A DNA stretch of 49,120 nt from Betaproteobacteria bacterium. Its GTDB lineage: Bacteria > Pseudomonadota > Gammaproteobacteria > Burkholderiales > SG8-41. Below, one piece after another: positions 36,991 through 46,448 of the stretch (the stretch's first letter is position 1; each line of letters starts with the position of its first letter). The notes under the pieces were generated by a model. The model made no database searches and was not told the DNA's origin. It was given only the letters and a program-made list of their open reading frames with translations. Where the stretch lies: contig JAOTTL010000002.1 in the NCBI GenBank assembly GCA_029864385.1, positions 1-49,120 of the forward strand. Direction: 5' to 3'. A program made the translations under genes and the position numbers.

Positions 36991-37869
36991 ATTCCGCTTT
37001 GCCATGGTGGACGGATTAAGCGAACGCGGATCGCGCGGCCGCCAGCGCCCCGAGTCCACGAGCGCGAGGAACTCGTCGGTGATGCGGTTGAAGAAATCCG
37101 GCTCCTCGGCATTCACCACGTGACCGCTGGCAGAGACCACGGTGAGGCGCGCAGCAGGACACATGCGCTTGACAAAGAGGCCGGGGGCGAGCGCGCCTTC
37201 GTCTTCGTCGCCGACCACGATGTGAGTCGGTACGTTCATGCGGCGCAGCCCGGCCTCGAGCTGATAGATGCTGGGCCGCCGTGCCTGCAGCCCGCGCAGC
37301 GTATTGGCGTGGCCGGCAGCCGAGCCCTGCGCAAACTTCGTCCAGAAATCACGGTAGCCGCGCGGGTCCTTGTTCTGCATCTGCACCCGGTTGGGCGCGA
37401 GCTGGTAGACCTTCTTCGCCGCCAGAATGCCGCGCTCTTCGAACAACCGCGCCATCGCTTCGTTGTTGCGCAGAAACTCCTTGCGCTTCGCGGGGTCGGA
37501 ACCCGACCCGGCGCCGACCGCGGTGAGCGAGAGCGCCATTTTCGGATAGCGTATGCCGAAATGCAGCGTTGCCGCCGCGCCCATGGAGCAGCCGATGATG
37601 TGGGCCTTGCGCACGCCCAGGTGTCGCATCACGTTGGCGATGTCGCCGGTTGCGATGTTCTGGGAATAGCCGGCGGGCGTCCGCGGCACGTTTGAGGGCG
37701 GGTAGCCGCGCGCGTTGTAGGCGATGCAGCGGTAGCGCCGGCTGAAGTGCCGCAGTTGCGGCTCCCAGCTGCGCATGTCGCCGGAAAATTCGTGCACGAA
37801 CACGATCGGCGTGCCGCGTCCCGCTTCTTCGTAGTAAAGCTTTACGCCATTGGAATCAGCATAGGGCAT
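36988..37869 (-). CDS. alpha/beta-fold hydrolase (paralog 2)
   Basis: GCSMGA nucleophile elbow. Roughly two-thirds identical to paralog 1 by eye, with a near-identical last ~30 aa. Confidence 0.85.
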   Translation of the reverse strand: MPYADSNGVKLYYEEAGRGTPIVFVHEFSGDMRSWEPQLRHFSRRYRCIAYNARGYPPSNVPRTPAGYSQNIATGDIANVMRHLGVRKAHIIGCSMGAAATLHFGIRYPKMALSLTAVGAGSGSDPAKRKEFLRNNEAMARLFEERGILAAKKVYQLAPNRVQMQNKDPRGYRDFWTKFAQGSAAGHANTLRGLQARRPSIYQLEAGLRRMNVPTHIVVGDEDEGALAPGLFVKRMCPAARLTVVSASGHVVNAEEPDFFNRITDEFLALVDSGRWRPRDPRSLNPSTMAKRN

Positions 37870-37888
37870 CGTTCTCTTCCTTCAAAAG

Positions 37889-38025
37889 CGTGAATCGTGA
37901 ATGGTGAATCGTCTTTCCTTCATCTTGGCGTGCTTGGCGTTATGGCGGTTCAGTTTAATCCAGGTTCTCTCGGCGTCTCGGCGGTTCCCCCGTTGAATAA
38001 TCTGTGTGTATCTGTGGCTAAATCG
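37889..38025. repeat. composite modular repeat element, copy C
   Basis: CGTGAAT CGTGAAT GGTGAAT 37889-37912; TCTTGGCGTGCTTGGCGTTATGGCGGTTCAG 37923-37953; TCTCGGCGTCTCGGCGGTT 37967-37985; AATCTGTGTGTATCTGTGGCTAAATCG 37999-38025. Confidence 0.9.
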
Positions 38026-38950
38026 TATCAGACCTTTCCGGCGCGCTTGGCGCCAGCTCGGCGCGGTGGGTGATGAAAATACCGACGAGAACCACGATGC
38101 CCCCGATGATCCCGGTTGCGCCCAGCGTCTCGCCCAGCAGAATCCAGGCGAACACCGCGGCCATGACCGGCTGAAAAAGCAGGCCGACGGAAGAAAACGT
38201 CGCCGGCAGGTGCGCCATCGCGTACGCGATCAAGCTCTGGCCCGCTACCTGCGCGATGATAGCCAGCGCGAGCAGCTTGACCCATCCCATCGCAGTAAAC
38301 GGCAGGATCTGCTCGCCCGAGGCGAGCGCAACCGGCAGCAGCAGCACCGCCATCACCGTGCAGCTCCAGGCCATGATACTCGAGGTCGGGACGCGAGCGC
38401 GCAGGCGCGTGACCGCGAGCTGGTAGGCCGCGTAGAACATGGCGGTCACCACGCCGAGCAGATCGCCAAGCACCGCCAAGCCGCCGACGCGGAAATCCGT
38501 CCCGAGCAACGTCGCAGTACCTGTCAGCGCGGTAACGAGGCCCAGCGCGAATAGTCCGGATGGGCGCCTCGCAAACAGGAGCCACGTCGCAAGCGTTACG
38601 AAGATCGGAGCGAGATTTGCGAGGAGTGTTGCGTTCGCGACCGAGGTGAGCACGATCGACCAGTGCCAGAACGCAAGGTCTCCGGCAAAAAAGAAGCCCG
38701 CAGCGATGATGAGCCCGCGATGAGCGACGAAAGCGGACCACAGCGCTCCGCGTTGCTCGATGATCGCCCAAGCCCAGAGGAACGGGAGCGCGAGCGAAAC
38801 GCGCCAGAAGGCAGTGGCGACAGGCCCGGCCTCGCTGACCTTGACGAACAGCGCTGACGTGGCAATAGCGAGCGCACCGGCGAGCAGCGCGGCGACCGCC
38901 ACGCCACGCCGGCGATCGTGACGTCGCGACAACACCGCGCCGTCAGCCAT
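38018..38950 (-). CDS. DMT-superfamily (EamA-like) transporter
   Basis: ~10 hydrophobic helices in two EamA-like halves; 310 aa. Confidence 0.85.
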   Translation of the reverse strand: MADGAVLSRRHDRRRGVAVAALLAGALAIATSALFVKVSEAGPVATAFWRVSLALPFLWAWAIIEQRGALWSAFVAHRGLIIAAGFFFAGDLAFWHWSIVLTSVANATLLANLAPIFVTLATWLLFARRPSGLFALGLVTALTGTATLLGTDFRVGGLAVLGDLLGVVTAMFYAAYQLAVTRLRARVPTSSIMAWSCTVMAVLLLPVALASGEQILPFTAMGWVKLLALAIIAQVAGQSLIAYAMAHLPATFSSVGLLFQPVMAAVFAWILLGETLGATGIIGGIVVLVGIFITHRAELAPSAPERSDTI

Positions 38951-39044
38951 CTAAAAGCACGCCGGTTAGAGCGCAAACCACTGGCACAGCTTGATATCCG
39001 GGCAACTGACGACCGGGATGGGTCGATGCCTTAATCTTCCCATT

Positions 39045-39079
39045 AAATTTTCCGGATGGCGTCAGCGTCCGGAAAATTT
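39045..39079. terminator. perfect 12-bp inverted repeat spanning the enoyl-CoA hydratase stop codon (possible bidirectional terminator or protein site)
   Basis: AAATTTTCCGGA tggcgtcagcg TCCGGAAAATTT. A/T runs sit at the stem ends. Confidence 0.4.
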
Positions 39080-39835
39080 GGGCTTGCGCTTCTCGATGAA
39101 GGCGCGCATGCCTTCCTTTTGGTCATGCGAGGAGAAGAGCATCTGCGCCGACTTTGCTTCGAGCGCGAGCGCGATCGTGAGGGGGGCTTCCATCCCGGCG
39201 AGCACCGCTTCTTTGGCGAGCTGCACCGCCAGCGGCGGCATCTCAGCAATCTGCCGGGCAAGCGCCACCGACCGCTGCTCGACATCGGCGTCCGGCACTA
39301 CTTCACACACCAGCCCCATCTCGACCGCCTCCCTGGCGCCGAAGGGCTCACCGCTCAGGATGTATTTCATCGCTTGGTACTTGCCGACGGCGCGTGTAAG
39401 ACGTTGGGTCGCGCCGCCGCCGGGGATGATTCCGATCTTTACTTCGGGCTGGCCGAATTTCGCCGATTCGCCCGCGATGATGATGTCGCAGGTCATGGCA
39501 AGCTCGCATCCGCCGCCGAGCGCGAAGCCGTTCACCGCGGCGACCACCGGCTTGGGGCAGGCGGCGATCGTGCGCCAAAGCTTGTGCACGCCGCGCTGAA
39601 GCATATCGATCGTGCCGGCATCCGCCATTTCCTTGATGTCGGCGCCGGCGGCGAAGCTCTTCTCGTTGCCCGTGAGCACGATCGCCCGCGTGGCGGCGTC
39701 CTCGCCGAGCTCCGTCAAATGCCGCGCGAGCTGCTTGCGCACCTCGAGATTGAGCGCGTTACGCGCCTCGGGCCGGTTGATGCGCAGGAGCGCCACACCC
39801 TCCGCCGGGCGCTCGAGCAGGACCACTTCTGCCAT
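39062..39835 (-). CDS. enoyl-CoA hydratase (short-chain crotonase type)
   Basis: VLTGNEKSFAAGADIKEM, GGGCELAMTCD, 257 aa. Confidence 0.9.
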   Translation of the reverse strand: MAEVVLLERPAEGVALLRINRPEARNALNLEVRKQLARHLTELGEDAATRAIVLTGNEKSFAAGADIKEMADAGTIDMLQRGVHKLWRTIAACPKPVVAAVNGFALGGGCELAMTCDIIIAGESAKFGQPEVKIGIIPGGGATQRLTRAVGKYQAMKYILSGEPFGAREAVEMGLVCEVVPDADVEQRSVALARQIAEMPPLAVQLAKEAVLAGMEAPLTIALALEAKSAQMLFSSHDQKEGMRAFIEKRKPKFSGR

Positions 39836-39899
39836 GAGTCTGTCTCTTCGTTGAAGGTGACGGATACGACGCGACCTTTACCGACTTCCTCTCTTGCTT

Positions 39900-40970
39900 T
39901 CACTGTGCCGTGATGGTGGGCCAAAATTGCTCCGCACCGCCTCTCTGAATGGCTCCGCCAAGCGCCGCTGTCCACTCGGCCTCGTTGCCATACTCCTCCC
40001 GCCACGCCCACAGCCTCAGCGTGGAATGGTGCAGGGCGTACTCGTCCGTCACGCCGATCGCGCCATGGATCTGGTGCGCGATGAGCGCGCCTTCGCGCGC
40101 CGCCTCTGCAGTGCGGATTTTGGCCGAAGCGACCGCCAGAGTCACGTCCCCGCCACGTTCCATGGTGCCTGCGGCGGATAGCGCCGCCGCGACCGCCGCG
40201 GCGGTCTCTCCACCCAGACGGGCGATCTCGTGCTGGATCGCCTGGAACTGCCCGATCTTGCGCCCGAACTGAACCCGCTGCTGCGCGTACTCCACCGAGA
40301 GCTCGAGCGTGCGTTCAAGCGCGCCCGCCATGAGCAGCGAGCGGGCAAGCGCGCCGCGCAGCCTGAGCGCATCGCGGGTGACGCCGGCGCCAGCACGGGC
40401 GGCCTGTTCCGCGGGAACGTCCTCGAGCACGACGGCATCGCGCGGCTCGCCGGCGAGATTGCGGCCGGCTACGATCCGGCACCGCGCCGGATCGACGCTC
40501 GCGACGATCGCTTCCGTGGCCGTCTGCGCCAGCAGTACCAGGCGCGAGGCTATCCGCGCCCACGGCACACGCGAGAGCTTTCCGCTGACGATCCAACGCG
40601 AGCCTTCGCGCCGCGCCGTCACCGTTTCCTCATGCACTGGACCCGCGGCGAGCGCGCCGCGCGGGATCGAGAGACCCGACGCGGCGAGCATCCAGCCGGC
40701 GAGCATGGCCGTCTCGGCGAGCGGCACCGGGGCCGCGAAACGCCCGGCAATACGCAGGACAGCAGCGAGATCCGAGAGCGTGCCGCCCGCGCCGCCCACC
40801 TCCTCTGGCAGCGAGACACGCGGAAACTCCGCCTGATCCAGATTCTGCCACAGTTCCTGCGACCATCCGTCTTGTTTCGCGGCATCCAGCAATTTTTGGT
40901 CGACGTAATCCTGCAGGAGCCGCGTCACCGACTCCACCAGCATCGAGCGGACGTCGTTCGGTGCGTTCAA
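39900..40970 (-). CDS. acyl-CoA dehydrogenase family protein, short beta-like subunit
   Basis: ACAD fold (VEYAQQRVQFGRKIGQFQAIQHEIA) but only 356 aa, with no Glu at either usual catalytic-base position. TTG start with AAGGA RBS; Met 40943 is an alternative. Confidence 0.75.
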   Translation of the reverse strand: MNAPNDVRSMLVESVTRLLQDYVDQKLLDAAKQDGWSQELWQNLDQAEFPRVSLPEEVGGAGGTLSDLAAVLRIAGRFAAPVPLAETAMLAGWMLAASGLSIPRGALAAGPVHEETVTARREGSRWIVSGKLSRVPWARIASRLVLLAQTATEAIVASVDPARCRIVAGRNLAGEPRDAVVLEDVPAEQAARAGAGVTRDALRLRGALARSLLMAGALERTLELSVEYAQQRVQFGRKIGQFQAIQHEIARLGGETAAAVAAALSAAGTMERGGDVTLAVASAKIRTAEAAREGALIAHQIHGAIGVTDEYALHHSTLRLWAWREEYGNEAEWTAALGGAIQRGGAEQFWPTITAQ

Positions 40971-41017
40971 AACTCATCCTTGTGCAAATGGTCGCTCGAC
41001 CCTTTGCACCACACACC

Positions 41018-41056
41018 TTCCCTCTCCTTCCGGGAGAGGGGCGGGGGTGAGGGTAA
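41018..41056. repeat. GC-rich REP-like palindrome between the two ACAD genes
   Basis: CCCTCTCC ttccg GGAGAGGG followed by GCGGGGGTGAGGGTAA. This resembles the widespread proteobacterial CCCTCTCC..GGAGAGGG..GGGTGAGGG extragenic element. Confidence 0.6.
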
Positions 41057-41081
41057 CGCGGCGTAATTCACTGCAATGCGC

Positions 41082-42269
41082 TCACATGCGACCCAATAGC
41101 CGCCGCGCGATCAGCGTGCGCAATACCTCGGTCGTGCCGCCGCGGATGGTGGAAACGGGTGAGCACACGATGGTCTCGGCAAGATAGCGCTCGAACGTGT
41201 CGGTGGCATCCGGGGTAGGCTCGACTGCCACGAGCAGCCGCGCCGCATCGATGATTTCGCGCTCGTAGAACGTGCCCATGTCCTTGACCAGTGCCGCCTC
41301 GGTCCCGAGGTCGGGGCCGGCGCGCGCAACGTCCTGCTGCGCGCCCGGCCCGGGATCGAGCGTGAGCGCGATCGCGAGCGACATGCGTCGCAAAGACCAG
41401 AGCCGTGCCGTCAACCTTCCCACCATCTCGCGTGCGCGGGCCTCCGGCGCGGCGCCCAGCCGGCGGATGAGCTCGACCAGCAGCGGGAACGTCGTCATGT
41501 AGCGCTCCGGACCGCTACGCTCGAGCGCGAGCTCGGAGGTCACCTGCCGCCACCCCTGGCCTATCTCGCCGACCACCCTCTCGTCGGGAACGAAGACGTT
41601 GTCGAGAAAGACCTCGTTGAAGTGATGGTGGCCATTCATGAAACGGATTGGGCGCACGGTGACGCCGGGCGCCGCAAGCTCCACGATGAGCTGCGACAGG
41701 TCCTCGTGGCGATTGCCGGTATCGGGCGCGGTGCGGCACAGGACGAAGAAGGCGTCCGCCCGGTGCGCCCAGCTCGTCCACACTTTCTGCCCGGTGACGC
41801 GCCAGCCGCCTGCGGCGCGCTCGGCACGGGTGCGCACCGAAGCGAGATCCGAGCCCGAGCCGGGCTCGCTCATGCCGAGGGCGAAAAAACATTCACCGCG
41901 CGCGATTGCCGGGAGGAAGTGTTGCTTGAGTTCTTCGCTGCCGTAGCGCAGCAGACTGGGGCCGGTCTGGCGGTCGCCGAACCAGTGCGCGGCGCAGGGC
42001 GCGGCCGCGGCCAGCAGCTCCTCGGTGACGACGAAGCGCTCGAGGTACGAGCGTTCCTCGCCTCCGTAGCGCCTGGGCCAGGTCATTCCGATCCAGCCGC
42101 GGGCCGCTACTTTGCGTGTGAACGCGGCGTCGAACTCGGTGTGCCCCAGGTGGGGCGTGAACGCGCCGGCGGCGAGCTCTGCCTGGAGGAATGCGCGCAC
42201 CTGCTCGCGCAGGTCGCGCGCGGCGGGCGGCAACTCGAGCGCGGAAAAGTCAACACGCTCGAAGAGCAC
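41082..42269 (-). CDS. acyl-CoA dehydrogenase family protein, alpha-like subunit
   Basis: GTG start with GGAGG RBS. ALGMSEPGSGSD and WTSWA motifs. Candidate catalytic Glu in SELALERSG (the isovaleryl-CoA dehydrogenase-type position), while the usual YEG site reads RGG. Confidence 0.85.
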   Translation of the reverse strand: MLFERVDFSALELPPAARDLREQVRAFLQAELAAGAFTPHLGHTEFDAAFTRKVAARGWIGMTWPRRYGGEERSYLERFVVTEELLAAAAPCAAHWFGDRQTGPSLLRYGSEELKQHFLPAIARGECFFALGMSEPGSGSDLASVRTRAERAAGGWRVTGQKVWTSWAHRADAFFVLCRTAPDTGNRHEDLSQLIVELAAPGVTVRPIRFMNGHHHFNEVFLDNVFVPDERVVGEIGQGWRQVTSELALERSGPERYMTTFPLLVELIRRLGAAPEARAREMVGRLTARLWSLRRMSLAIALTLDPGPGAQQDVARAGPDLGTEAALVKDMGTFYEREIIDAARLLVAVEPTPDATDTFERYLAETIVCSPVSTIRGGTTEVLRTLIARRLLGRM

Positions 42270-42292
42270 CGAACCTCCGAGTTGACAGAGTG

Positions 42293-42308
42293 TGCCGGCG
42301 CGCCGGCA
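42293..42308. other. perfect 16-nt palindrome TGCCGGCGCGCCGGCA directly after the tctC stop
   Basis: Read directly. It lies between the tctC stop (42309) and the ACAD RBS. Confidence 0.85.
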
Positions 42309-43274
42309 TCACAGCTGTTTCACCTTTGCCATTTTCACGACCTTGGCGTACTTCTCGATCTCCTCCTGGATAAACCTTGCGAAGTGCTCTGGCGAGCCCC
42401 CGCGCGGTTCCAGGCCGGAGTTGAGAAACCGGTTCTTCAGGTCCGGGCTCGCCAGGATCTTGTCGACCTCGCTGTTGAGCCGGGCGACGATGGCGCGCGG
42501 GGTCTTGATCGGGGCCATCAGGCCAAACCAATTGGTAGATTGGTAACCGGGCAGGCCGGCCTCGTCAAATGTCGGCACCTCCGGAATCGCGGCGAAGCGC
42601 TTGAGGCTTCCGATTGCGATCGCCCGGAGCCTGCCCGACCTGATGTGGGGCAACAGCGCGGGCACGCCCGAGATGATCATCTCAACGTGGCCCCCGACGG
42701 CATCGGCGAGCGCCGGCGTGTTGCCCTTGTACGGGATGTGCACGATGTTGATCCCGGCCATTACCTTGAAGAGCTCACCGCCCATGTGGTTGGAGCCGCC
42801 GATGCCGGAGGAAGCGAAGTTCAGCTCGCCCGGACGGGCCTTCGCGAGCGCGATGAGCTGTTTCAACGTGGTCACCGGGACCGAGGGGTGGACCGAAAGC
42901 ACGTTCGCGCCCTGAACGCACCACACCACGGGGGCGAGATCGCGCTGCGTGTTATAGGGCGGTTTCGCGAAGAGACTCATATTGACGGCATTGGCAGCGC
43001 CGCCCATGAGCAGCGTGTAGCCATCGGCCGGGGCCCGTACGACCAGCACCGTGCCGATGTTGGTGCCGGCGCCAGGGCGGTTCTCGACCACAATTTGCTT
43101 GCCCAGGACCTGGCTCAACTTCGTGCCGACTGCACGCGCCGTGATGTCGGTGTTGCCGCCGGCCGCGTACGGCACGATCACGCGGATGGGCTTGGTGGGG
43201 TAGCTCTGGCCGGCTGCCGGCATGGCCAGCAGCGAGGCAGTCAGAACGGTGAGCAGCAGGTTGCATGGCTTCAT
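42309..43274 (-). CDS. Bug-family tripartite tricarboxylate transporter substrate-binding protein (TctC-like)
   Basis: Signal peptide, then KPIRVIVPYAAGGNTDITARAV. ATG 43274 is preceded by GGAGGAG. Confidence 0.9.
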   Translation of the reverse strand: MKPCNLLLTVLTASLLAMPAAGQSYPTKPIRVIVPYAAGGNTDITARAVGTKLSQVLGKQIVVENRPGAGTNIGTVLVVRAPADGYTLLMGGAANAVNMSLFAKPPYNTQRDLAPVVWCVQGANVLSVHPSVPVTTLKQLIALAKARPGELNFASSGIGGSNHMGGELFKVMAGINIVHIPYKGNTPALADAVGGHVEMIISGVPALLPHIRSGRLRAIAIGSLKRFAAIPEVPTFDEAGLPGYQSTNWFGLMAPIKTPRAIVARLNSEVDKILASPDLKNRFLNSGLEPRGGSPEHFARFIQEEIEKYAKVVKMAKVKQL

Positions 43275-43295
43275 GGTTTTCTCCTCCATGGCGCT

Positions 43296-45039
<1,744 letters not shown>

Positions 45040-45050
45040 CCATTGACGAA

Positions 45051-45230
45051 GTGATGAGTAATGGTTATGAAATACTGGTGATGAAATACTGGTGATGACA
45101 ACTGGTGATGTACACGAATTTCCTTGTTACTTTTCTTTATCACCACCTCTCATCACCATTTCTCGTCACCCTCTTTCATCACTTCGTCACCCGTCACCCG
45201 TCACGCGTCATTTCATCCCCTCATCACGCG
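45051..45230. repeat. convergent-gene spacer made of inverted GTGATGA / TCATCAC word arrays
   Basis: Left 45051-45116: GTGATGAGTAATG GTTATGAAATACTG GTGATGAAATACTG GTGATGACAACTG GTGATGTACACG. Right 45138-45230: TATCACC..CATCACC..CGTCACC..CATCAC..CGTCACC CGTCACC CGTCACG..TCATCACG. Confidence 0.95.
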
Positions 45231-45247
45231 GTGAGCAGTTGCGATCA

Positions 45248-46138
45248 TCAGCGCACCGCGCGCAAGCGCTCGGGGACGTCATAGCGTTCCTCGAGCTTCT
45301 GGATCTCCGGCAATCCCGCGATGTCCGTGAAGTCCTTGAAGCTCGCGACCTTGTCGCGCAGGTGGGCAACGGTGCCGGAGCGCTTGAGCTCACGCAGGAG
45401 GTTTTCCATGGCAGGAATCGCCGCAAGGATTACCCAGTTCGGGAAGATCACGAGGCGGAATCCGAGCCGGCCCAGCTCTTCCACGGGCAGGTCAAGCGTC
45501 TTGCAGTTTGCCGCCGTGTTGTAGAGAAGCGGGACACCTTTGAAGCGGCGCGCGATGCGCTCGACGTCGGTGCGTCCGACCGGCGCCTCGATGAAGAGCA
45601 TATCCGCACCCGCTTCGCGGTAGCGCATGCCGCGCTCGAGCGCCGCGTCGAGCCCCTCCACGGCGATCGCGTCGGTGCGCGTGATGATGAGGAAATCCGG
45701 GTCGTGGCGCGCGTCGCATGCGGCCTTGATCTTCGCCACCATGTCGGCCGTCGCGATGACGCGCTTGCCTGAAAAATGGCCGCAGCGCTTGGGCCAGTCC
45801 TGGTCCTCGATGTGCACGCCGGCAACGCCCGCTTTCTCGTAGTCACGGATGGTGCGCCAGGTGTTGACCGGGTTGCCGTAGCCGGTATCGGCGTCGGCGA
45901 TGACGGGAAGCCCCGACGAGTCGACGATGCGCCCCGCGTTGTCCACCATCTCGGAAGCCGTGAGGAGCCCGACGTCAGGCATGCCAAGGCGCGTGAGGCT
46001 CGTGCCGAACCCGCTCATGTACACGGCTTCGAATCCTTCGCGGGCGACAAGCCTTGCAGCGAGGGCGTCGGCAACGCCGGGCGCAATAGTGCAGACGGGA
46101 CGCACGATCAACTCGCGCATACGGGAGGTCGGTCTCAT
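45248..46138 (-). CDS. isocitrate lyase / PEP mutase family enzyme (methylisocitrate-lyase or oxaloacetate-decarboxylase-like)
   Basis: IADADTGYG and EDQDWPKRCGH (the K[KR]CGH signature); 296 aa. Confidence 0.85.
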   Translation of the reverse strand: MRPTSRMRELIVRPVCTIAPGVADALAARLVAREGFEAVYMSGFGTSLTRLGMPDVGLLTASEMVDNAGRIVDSSGLPVIADADTGYGNPVNTWRTIRDYEKAGVAGVHIEDQDWPKRCGHFSGKRVIATADMVAKIKAACDARHDPDFLIITRTDAIAVEGLDAALERGMRYREAGADMLFIEAPVGRTDVERIARRFKGVPLLYNTAANCKTLDLPVEELGRLGFRLVIFPNWVILAAIPAMENLLRELKRSGTVAHLRDKVASFKDFTDIAGLPEIQKLEERYDVPERLRAVR

Positions 46139-46152
46139 GGCGGAGTGCCTCC

Positions 46153-46180
46153 GTGGGGTGGGAAGGGTGGGGTGGGAAGG
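46153..46180. repeat. 2 x 14-nt direct repeat GTGGGGTGGGAAGG
   Basis: Read directly, just upstream (minus sense) of the PEP-mutase-family gene start. Confidence 0.85.
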
Positions 46181-46256
46181 AATATTATAGGCGCCTTGCC
46201 GCCCGCCTTCACTACGGGTGAAGAAGCGATAACTGACGAGAGCTTGATACGGCGTA

Positions 46257-46284
46257 ACTCGTGGCGGGTGACTCGTGACTCGTC
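46257..46284. repeat. 4 heptads AACTCGT GGCGGGT GACTCGT GACTCGT
   Basis: Read directly. Confidence 0.85.
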
Positions 46285-46346
46285 GCGCGATGCGCGGTCT
46301 TCCCGGTTCACGACAGACGTTTCACGAATTTTGTCTGTTTGTATAT

Positions 46347-46362
46347 GGGTTTATCTGCGGCC
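46347..46362 (+). repeat. copy of the GCGTTTATCTGCGGCY motif (GGGTTTATCTGCGGCC)
   Basis: Preceded by TGTCTGTTTGTATAT, similar to the TCTGTG block of the composite element. Confidence 0.8.
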
Positions 46363-46448
46363 AACCTCGGGTCCTGAACTGGTTTCGAGTCAGGACTCGG
46401 GGGCTGTCAGCCCGCGGCGAGAGCGGGCTGGCGCGCCGCCTGCCCAGC

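Noticed and set aside
38982-38997. TGGCAC..TTGA resembling a sigma-54 -24/-12 promoter
   Set aside because: Spacing is wrong (3 nt instead of ~5 before TTGC) and the -12 GC is missing. There is also no plus-strand gene downstream.
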